Source: Octopus bimaculoides
Taxonomy: Eukaryota
NCBI RefSeq assembly: GCF_001194135.2
Contig: NC_068990.1
Location: 64,665,468-64,729,467, forward strand
Direction: 5' to 3'
Length of the DNA: 64,000 nt
This document shows, piece after piece, positions 54,130-64,000 of this stretch (position 1 is the stretch's first letter; every line of letters begins with the position of its first letter). Both the position numbers and the translations under genes were made by a program. Below the pieces are notes generated by a model, which was given only the letters and a program-made list of their open reading frames with translations, did no database searches and was not told the origin of the DNA.

Positions 54130-54810
54130 CGCATAGACGTATTGGCTAAATATATTGGCTAATTGTGTTGTTGACTACAGAATACAGATGTAGTAGCTCA
54201 GGTTAACAAGCGTACAGACTAACGTTAATGCGTATTGGTTAAGGATAGCACATGTATTGGCTAAATAAACAAATGATAAACATATTGGTTAAAGATAACA
54301 GACGTATCGACTAATTACAGCAGATGTATAGATTAGATATAAAAAAAAGGTATAGACTATAGGTAGCAGACGTTCGAAAGAATGACAACAGATATATAGG
54401 ACTATGGAAAACAGACGTATGAACTGAAGAAGAATGTCTCAACATAAAGATGTCCACCATATGGACGAAGAATATTAACTGTAAATTTATTATTTATCTA
54501 ATCAATACATCTACTATCTATATGTCCACGCATCTCTTATATTTAAACAAAATCTCTCTTATATTTAGTCCATATGTCAGTTATTATTAGTCTATACGTC
54601 AGTTACTTTTAGCTAATATATCTATTATCTATTTAATTATTGAATTACATCTGCTATCCTTAATCAATACTTGTTCTCTTTAGTAATTACACCTGTTACG
54701 GTTCATCGATATACATTAACATAAGTCAGTCGGTTTGTTGTCTTTAGTTGACACAAGTGTTATCTGTAGTCAACACATTTGTTATTCTTAGTCACTATAT
54801 ATTCTTAGTT
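54130..54810. repeat. Decayed foldback structure built from ~20-bp degenerate units
   Basis: The left arm repeats (CAGA)CGTATTGGCTAA-like units and the right arm their complements; exact 12-bp inverted match at 54170-54181 / 54763-54774. Confidence 0.55.
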
Positions 54811-56397
54811 ACTGTATGAATTAAGGCGGTGAGCTGGTAGAATCGTTAGCACGCCGGGAAAGATGCTTAGCGACATTTCGTCCGTTTTGCGTCCTCAATT
54901 CAAATTCCGCCGGTGTTGACTTTGCCTTTCATCCTTTCGGACTCGATAAAAGAATACCAGTTGAGCACTGGAGTCGATGTAATCGACTTACCCCTCCCTT
55001 GAAATTGCTGGCCTTGTGCCAAAATTTTAAACCAATGTATGGATTAAGGGTGTCATGCATACTGGCTATCCCTTGATTGTAAATATTTGATGATTGCTAT
55101 GTCGTTCAAGAAAGTTCTCTAAGAATTTGGATCAAGATTTCTAGTCTCTCTTTTTCCAGAATCACCAGTTATTCAAATGCTTTTTTGCTGTTGAAGTTCT
55201 TAGAAGCTACACATTTATTAATATACTTATACCACCTATACATGTACACCAATAACCTACAATTATGATATGAGTTATGAATAGATATAAGGATCCACTA
55301 CCGTACATATTTAGTGGAGGGGGGGAACATACTAAGAGCAACTTTTCGGTCGATTGTGATGCCCCCTAATATTCTAAAGTTTGAGAAGGAGAGGCGAACG
55401 AATCCTAATCGATAAAAATGAATATACACGGTTCATCCCAAAAGTCATTCATGGGTCTATTTTCACAGTGCGACTAAATATATGTGGATATTAGAAATAT
55501 CTCGCCTTGCCTAGGTTTAGCAATACCTAAGTTAAATATATTCACAGGAATTCATTATAAGTTGTTAAAATTGCTTTAAAAAGACGTTCAAAATCTGCAG
55601 TTGGTCTGGTAATATTGTTTCACTCAGAATAATACTTCCAAAAAAAAAAATTCAGTTCAGATTAATAAGCATGCACACACAAAAAAAGGAACATTTTGTT
55701 TTAAATATATTTAATTTTGATAATTACTCGAAATGAATAATTTTGTAAACAGTAATTTTTTTCGGATATCGATAGCAGTATTTGTAGGTGTTCAATATTA
55801 GTACCCCCAAAAGAGGTAACATATCATATAACGTTTTCCTTGAACAGATATGCTCCTACGCAAAATTCCAACCACCTTAGGTGGAACAATTATGGCCTAC
55901 ATCTTGGAACACATACATACATACATACATGTTACGAAGATAACAATATAAGCTGCAAAGTTTCTCAGATCGATGAACATAGATTTTATTCATTAGTGTA
56001 ACTCTTACAGTAATGTATGCGGTGGAAATGTTTGTAGTTGCGGGGATATCACTTCAGAAAAACTATCATTATATCCGCAAGGGAATATAATATCTCTATT
56101 TTGTGCTTGTACATAATAAGATGTTACTTATGAACAGTGCAATCAAACGAATGAATCTTCGAATTATTCTAAGCATTTATATCGATGTTATTGGAAACCT
56201 AGGTTACACAACTATATCATGTTTAACCTTTGATGTCAGGATCTATCCCTATGAATATGTATTTCCATGGAGACATTTTCAGTTTGACGATTCAGGGCAG
56301 CTTTGCTTTCAGGTTGGTAATAGTTTCAATCGTGCAATTACACCTAACATGTATAAACAATGTATTACATATAATAATAATAATAATAATAATGATG

Positions 56398-56467
<70 letters not shown>

Positions 56468-57281
56468 TGATGATGATGATGATGATGATGATAATAATCC
56501 ACACAACATATAGAGCACTTGGAGTAATTTTTTGGGTGTAGTTTCTCTTTAATGCATACGGTATTAAAGAAATCGTCCTACCATATATATANNNNNNNNN
56601 NNNNNNNNNNNNNNNNNNNNNNNNNNNNNNNNNNNNNNNNNNNNNNNNNNNNNNNNNNNNNNNNNNNNNNNNNNNNNNNNNNNNNNNNNNNNNNNNNNNN
56701 NNNNNNNNNNNNNNNNNNNNNNNNNNNNNNNNNNNGAATACAGAAAACACACAGGCCACATAGAGAACATTTCCTTCATCAGCTGCCACCATTCTAAAAC
56801 TAAGCGTTTCGAAGATTTAGGGCAGGACGCATTGTTAGAATGGCTCTTCCCACAGACCACAAATTAAATTCAAATTAAATTAAATTTAAATTAAATTTGT
56901 TACGTGGAGGAATGTAGTGGCGGACAGAAAACAAAACAGGAAAACGAAACAGTGAACACAAACAAGGAAGGCTATACGGCCAGACGGGAAAAAAATATGT
57001 GTATGCTGAACGCTGTAAAGCAACGAACTGGAAGGGAGACGAAGAATGTTCAAACACCCACACACACATACATACACGCGTGAATATTATCATATTTGTT
57101 AATCGGCTGAAGTTGCAGAGTGACTCAAGTCCCGCGAGTTTCATCTATTGGCACATAAACTTACAGACTTTATGTAGTCAATAGACTACATAGAGTATGT
57201 ATGTATGTATGTAAGATCCTGTATGTATGTATGTATGTATGCATGCATGTATGTATGTATGCCTGTATGTATGAATTTCTC

Positions 57282-57321
<40 letters not shown>

Positions 57322-58196
57322 NNNNNNNNNNNNNNNNNNNNNNNNNNNNNNNNNNNNNNNNNNNNNNNNNNNNNNNNNNNNNNNNNNNNNNNNNNNNNNN
57401 NNNNNNNNNNNNNNNNNNNNNNNNNNNNNNNNNNNNNNNNNNNNNNNNNNNNNNNNNNNNNNNNNNNNNNNNNNNNNNNNNNNNNNNNNNNNNNNNNNNN
57501 NNNNNNNNNNNNNNNNNNNNNNNNNNNNNNNNNNNNNNNNNNNNNNNNNNNNNNNNNNNNNNNNNNNNNNNNNNNNNNNNNNNNNNNNNNNNNNNNNNNN
57601 NNNNNNNNNNNNNNNNNNNNNNNNNNNNNNNNNNNNNNNNNNNNNNNNNNNNNNNNNNNNNNNNNNNATATATACGCAGACACACTCATACATATCCACA
57701 CACTCACACACATCCACACCCCGACTATTTGTCTCTGTCACAAACAGACACTTTGGTTATAAAAATGTTTTTGTTTTTGTTACTGTATTGATAAACTGAT
57801 AAAAGATTACTGTCAGAAGAATGAAACGCTATTTATTAATATGAAGTGGAAAAAAAAAATAACAAAAACAAAAAAACATCACTGACAGTACGATGACAGT
57901 AACAATAAAATCGGTTGAAACAGATTAATTTAAAATAGAACGCTGTCTTTTCATTCAAACGCTTGTTTTTATGTTCCGGAGTTTTCATGATTTAAATGTG
58001 TAATATTTATAAAGTTTTTACAAAGAAACGTTTATTATTTGCGTCACTTTAAGGAGAACAGTTATGAGTTTAGTTTCACAATCTTTGTTTTTCCATTTTT
58101 TTACGGCATTGTAGATAGTTCTTTGAACATTTATAAGAAGGAAATGTCTTCAATTTGTTATTCCCGCAAAATTTCTAAACGTACATGTCTGACTCT

Positions 58197-58235
<39 letters not shown>

Positions 58236-58436
58236 ATATATGCATGTGTGTATGTGTTTATTTCGTTTTTGTTTTTGGTTTGCAAGATTCTTTATGTGAA
58301 TCCGTGTGTTGAAACAAACATTGTGCTTTGCGTCGGTGGGGTATGTCATTACGTCGGTAATAATGATACACGCACAGTGCGTAATAACCTACCGACAACA
58401 CACACGCACATGCATACATACATACATACATACATA

Positions 58437-59215
58437 AAGTGCAGACATAATAGACCGGATATAGTAATCTGGGACAGAGAAGAAACTCTGTACAGTAGTA
58501 GAAATCAGCTGTCCTGCGGATGTCAACATCCCACTAAAGATTAGAGAAAAAGAGAACAACTACGCCGAGCTACTGAGAAATTTACAGATACTCCACCCAG
58601 ACTACAAGTTCAGATTCATACCCTTGATTGTTGGGGCATTGGGATATGTAACGAACTGCCTCAACAAAAACCTGGGAAAATTAGGGTTCTCAAAACCTGA
58701 AAGAAAAAGGCTGATTAGAAGACTACAGATTCAAGCCATCAATGGAACTGTAAAGATATGTAAAACTTTCCAAAAATTTAGCACATAAATACATATGCAT
58801 GCATCTAAAACGCATCCATAAAACAAACATACAAATCTGCGCATACACTAACACCAAATACTGCACACACACACATATGCACAAATACCTAGATGATGTT
58901 GATAAAAGTTCCAATGAAGGAGCCTTGAATCTATGTTCGAGTCCGGCTCTTTCTCTATGGACAAGAAATACAGAAATGAAACTGATTGATAACATACATA
59001 CATACATANNNNNNNNNNNNNNNNNNNNNNNNNNNNNNNNNNNNNNNNNNNNNNNNNNACTAACACCAAATACTGCACACACACACATATGCACAAATAC
59101 CTAGATGATGTTGATAAAAGTTCCAATGAAGGAGCCTTGAATCTATGTTCGAGTCCGGCTCTTTCTCTATGGACAAGAAATACAGAAATGAAACTGATTG
59201 ATAACATACATACAT
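58437..59215 (+). mobile_element. 5'-truncated RLE-type non-LTR retrotransposon flanked by (CATA)n
   Basis: KCRHNRPDIVIWDREE, frameshift, then CTVVEISCPADVN...PLIVGALG...LQIQAINGTVKICKTF, stop at 58786-58788; (CATA)n at 58413-58436 and after the 3' UTR. Confidence 0.8.
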
Positions 59216-59305
59216 ACACACATACATAATACATGCATACATACATACATACATACATACATACATACATACATACATACATACACACATACCTACATGC
59301 ATATA

Positions 59306-60532
59306 CGCAGACATTACAGAAGTAAATAGACACCCCATAAAACATCGTTTTATGTTTATTCTAACTTGTAAGAGTTAATATTTTTTTTTATTAATTGTCC
59401 TTTTTATGTTTCAGGTTCTAGATGTAACTGTTTAATCATGTGATGTACAAACGAAGCCTTGGAACTGTCTAGATTTCAAAGAGGCCGTATTATGGATTAT
59501 TGTGTAAAATTGTAGAAAATCTTGGGATCCCGCTCTCTGCAGAGGGTGATTGTGCAATTCACCACAGAGGGGTAGGTGTTCATATCACTTCGCCCAGATC
59601 AACCAGGGACCTCTGACAGGACCCTTCTTTTTGTTAAGAGAAGTGTGGAGGATAATCCCCGTTGCAAGGCCTCTGACATGGCAGAACAAGTTGATGTCAG
59701 TCTCAGAACAGCTGTCACGTATCTCCACAAACTTGGTTACTATGGCAGAGCAGCAAGAAGGAAGCCATTTCTTCGACCAGCCAACATCAAGCGGAGACAA
59801 GATTTGGCCAGTGAGATGGTGAAGAGGCCACTAGCCTTTTGGGACACTGTCATATTCTCCAATGAGTCCAGATTTGCTGTATTTCCTGATAGTGGTCGAG
59901 TGTGGGTCTGGAGATTATGTGATCAAGAATTTGATGTGAAAAGATTGCAGCTAACAATGAAACACGGCAGCTATTCTGTGATGGTCTGGGGAGCAATTTG
60001 GAGCAATAGTCACTCAGAGCTGGTGGAGTGTGAGGGAAACCTAAACTCAGATAAATATGTGTCTATATTGCAGGAAGGACACCTTCCAATTTTCTCCAGT
60101 GGTGAAATGATTATTTCTTTATTTATACTCTTTATTTATGGAAGATGAGACAGAGCTAAAATGACCCAAGATTTGTTGGATGAGAATGGCATTAAAAAGC
60201 TTCTGTGGCCAGTCACCAGATATGAACCCTATTGAACACCTCTGAGACATAATGGACAGGATACTTCATAAAAAGACCAAGAAAGCATTTTCAAAGCCAG
60301 ATCTTTTGAGGTTACTGCATGAGACTTGACAAGAAATTCCGCAAGAGAATATTCGTCATCTGATCAGCAACATGCCTAATAGGGTCTTTGCATTGAAAAA
60401 TGCAAAGGGCATGTCTACTAAATATTAAATATTCACATTATAACAATTAATAAATAATTTGAATGTATAATTTCAGAGTTAAATAAATTTTAATGATTAT
60501 AAGTGTGTCTATTTACTTCTGTCATGTGTGTG
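59306..60532 (+). mobile_element. Tc1/mariner transposon, near full length but inactivated
   Basis: TIR cores ACA(T/G)..ACAGAAGTAAATAGACAC at about 59311-59333 and 60505-60527; about 1.2 kb; [46 protein letters not shown]. Confidence 0.9.
59435..60428 (+). pseudogene. Tc1 DD34E-type transposase pseudogene
   Basis: The first catalytic D reads N (FSNES); frameshifts and stops occur near the N- and C-termini. Confidence 0.85.
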
Positions 60533-61318
60533 CGTGTGTGTGTGTGTGCGTGCGTGCACACACACGCACATAGATTTAATTATAGGAACCTCAGTTAAAC
60601 AAATGGAAGAAAACGTACTCAATACAATTAGTGGTTCTTAATCATTCGAAACTAATGATTCACTCCATTGCTATCCAGAGTTTTTCATCACATGTAATCA
60701 TTCAGACAACAAAAGGACAAATGGAGGAACTTGAAATGAAGGATAAAAAAAAAATAGGCATGCATCGTCGAAAATGTTTGGTTTTCGTTGATCAGCCTTT
60801 TCATAAGGTGATATGGTGCCTGGTAACGAAAGACTGGCGGCTGTCAATAAGTGAGAGGGAAAGGATTTCCATAGAAATTAACCATTTGCTTGGATAGTAG
60901 CTGATACCATTATGAGATATCCGATGGTAGTCAAGTGATTATTACAGTTGTATGAAGAGGTGGAATTACTAGTGTGTGGTGTAACCTGATTTAGTCAATA
61001 AAATGTGCCGATGACGATAAGATTGGTTGCAGTTTCTCAGTCAGTAGTTGAAATCCATTAAGAATTTGTTCCTATGCTTGTATGCAGGCAATATTTCGGA
61101 ACTCTTGCTTAACATGTAGGATCGTTAAATCAACACGTTTGACAGCGGTACTGTATACTCATACATATATCATAGACATTCTTTATATATGTTAGCATTG
61201 ATAGACTTTGTAGGTCTTGCCAGATTCATAAGAAAATCGATGAGATTGATGCGCAGACTGAATTTTTTTTCCTTTAAGTCGACGCATTTTGAAGAAATGT
61301 TTGTATGGAGAGAGAGAA

Positions 61319-61369
<51 letters not shown>

Positions 61370-61588
61370 AGATTTCTAAGCGGTTGTAACTTTAGAAGAA
61401 GAATGATTAGGAAAGGTAGGAATATTATGTAGAGGTAAGATAGGTGCATCCGACAGGTCATAACTTAAGTGGTACACAGCATCGAAAGGCAAAGAAAGGC
61501 CACTCAACTGATTCACATGAAGTTACTCTCCAATACACTCCAACCATTGTCTCACAGACCTGCTAGCACCCCCCCCCCNNNNNNNNNN

Positions 61589-61623
<35 letters not shown>

Positions 61624-62492
61624 CTTTTGCTACTACAATGGCATTAATACACTAAATCTCTCTAGCTGGTTTCGTACCACTTTCATTCAGAAACTTCTCC
61701 CAAAACATAAGCTTCTGTAATTACATCTTCCCTCTTCCCGCAGCTTCTGGCATGCAGTTTTTTCAAGAGGTACGTTAACCGATTTAATCTTATTGGTTTG
61801 GGAGAGAATGCCATGAATACAGCTCATTCCTCCAAACCAGACCAATAAAGAGAAAAGGAAAAGAAAGACAGAAGCTACTGTGGTAACAGCAGTGGATTCA
61901 ATGAGCACGAACTGCGTATCTGTGTGCTATAAATTGTAGCATATTAATGAGTGAATCTTTACCAATCAGTTGGATGGCCTTATTTCAGATACAGCTTAAA
62001 ATGTTTGTGCATGTCGTAACAGCATCTAGATATCGATAATAAAAACCACGAAAACTGACTTCCAGATACTTAAGTAGTACTTTAATGCGGTTCACAGTTG
62101 TATAAGATCAAAAACTGATCAGGGTTTGAATATTTTCTGGCCTTCAAAGAACAAAATTAGCCTTACATATGCAAATTTGGCAATGTGATAGATGCGGGAT
62201 TACCTTGAGAGATTTAGGGATTAAATCGTATATTATTCATATGTATGAAGTGTGCAGCGTAGAATTTGTCTCCTTGATATAAAGTGTAATGATTAGGCTT
62301 TGTGTTGGCGAAGGAAACGAGGTTGTTATATCTCCAGTGAAGTGAAGATTTTCGAGGCATTTGTTCATGGAAGTGATAATAACTAGTAGGAAGATGCTAT
62401 AACTATACTGGTGTAGTGGGTGAATTCAGGGATGAAGAGGGAGGAGTAAATGAGCAAATAAAAAAAGAACTACAAATTAATATATTTAGATA

Positions 62493-62560
<68 letters not shown>

Positions 62561-62666
62561 NNNNNNNNNNNNNNNNNNNNNNNNNNNNNNNNNNNNNNNN
62601 NNNNNNNNNNNNNNNNNNNNNNNNNNNNNNNNNNNNNNNNNNNNNNNNNNNNNNNNNNNNNNNNNN

Positions 62667-62719
<53 letters not shown>

Positions 62720-64000
62720 TACAAACTCACAGACACAAACACTCACATACACGCGCACGCATGCACACTCGAACAACCTCACACAGACATAAACACGCAT
62801 ATGCAAGCACGTACACGCATAGACAAATGAAGGAAAATCTTAGCCGGAAATATCGGTCAGAGGTCCGTCCGCCTGCCAATTCTTTCTGTCGGTTTTTGAT
62901 GGAGGAGTAAGATGGCTAACAAAGGTCGGGGTGTGAAATTGGAGGTTTGTGAGTGGGAGGAATAAAGCCAAGAGGTTCTTTAGGTTTAAAATTAAATAAA
63001 TAGGGGAAAATATAAAAATAAACACTAATGTATAAAAAGAAAAGCAACCTCGACCCTTGGTTTAACCTTGCTTTCTTTTCGTTTTCTACGTTTTCATTGC
63101 TACATAACAAAAAGTGCCTTGAGCGTTACAAGCAGTCGGTTATTAGTTAATAACAACGACGACGATGACGACAATGACGATGACGATTTAGGCACAAAGC
63201 CAGAAATTTTGAGAGGGGCTAATAGCCATTATCACAGGTATTTTATTTGACTCTCCGTTGTCAGTCCTAAGAGCGTCGGTGAGAGGAGACGACGTCATTC
63301 ACCCTCTTTTCCGACCTAGCCTCTTTGATTATGTCACAGGGGAAGGTCGTGTGGGTGAGTGACGTGGCAAACCAATATCGAATTATAGCCCTTTATTGTA
63401 TCGACCTCGGAAGGATGAAAGGCAAAGTTGACCCCCAATAGAATTTGAACCCAAAACATAAAGTGGAAGAACAAATGGGGTTTTGTGAGTGTTTGATTAG
63501 TTGTCACGGGGTCCCTGAAAGACAAACGTTACAATGACATAACACAAAATCATTATAAAAAACAATGACAAAAGAAATCATTGAGTAAAATAGCCACATA
63601 AAATGAATCTCGGAGAGAATTTGTAAATCTGAGTATTCAGTCGCTTGAGTAACTGAGCCAGAAGGTTTATTGAATTAGCATGTAAGTGGTCGAGTACTCC
63701 AAAAACATGTGAAGTCTTAATGTGGATTTCTAGGCAGAATAAGGTTGGACCTTTGAAACTGCAAGTACAATCCACTTGATGGGCTTCTACACAGTTTCCA
63801 TAATATCCAGTTTCATTGGCAAGGTATGGGTCGACACGAGATCGTTGAAAGTGGCATTTGCCTAAGATGTGACGCAGTGGGATCGACTGTAACCATTCGG
63901 CTATACAGTTCCTACATAAACAAAATGATAGACACATCGTGTTTCGGATTAAGGCACAAGGCCAGCAATTTTGAGAGACGGGGATTTCTTCTACATACCC

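Noticed and set aside
56736-56845. Minus-strand CTTCGAAAC...CTGATGAAGG as a type II hammerhead
   Set aside because: The core words are present, but stem I cannot be closed next to the core and stem III is unpaired. Probably a Penelope-like terminal repeat.
58840-59230. Tandem duplication of the RLE element 3' UTR
   Set aside because: Near-identical copies flank a 50-N gap, which is typical of a contig overlap artefact.

Overview
AT-rich, repeat-dense, intron-containing animal genomic DNA with about 15 assembly gaps. It is probably from an octopod cephalopod, an inference from the tRNA-SINE families and microsatellite load. The left end holds the last five coding exons of WDR47 (+ strand, 78-7683). 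The right third holds an unlisted minus-strand, multi-exon, cysteine-rich gene: two complete phase-compatible exons at 53604-53763 and 50730-50956, and a third starting at 47929 that runs into a gap. Its Cys spacing resembles argos/giant-lens and U-scoloptoxin-11-like proteins. The rest is layered mobile DNA: a decayed Ty3/Gypsy element that splits a SINE and itself carries a nested LTR, RTE, L1/Tx1, CR1/L2 and Penelope-like remnants, three RLE-type non-LTR 3' ends next to microsatellites, a Tc1 element, hAT/piggyBac/foldback MITEs, and several SINE families including an 8-copy head-to-tail array. Two minimal hammerhead-ribozyme-like motifs lie at about 49.1 and 49.5 kb. There is no CRISPR, rRNA or intact tRNA gene. 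All family assignments come from motif recognition, not database searches.
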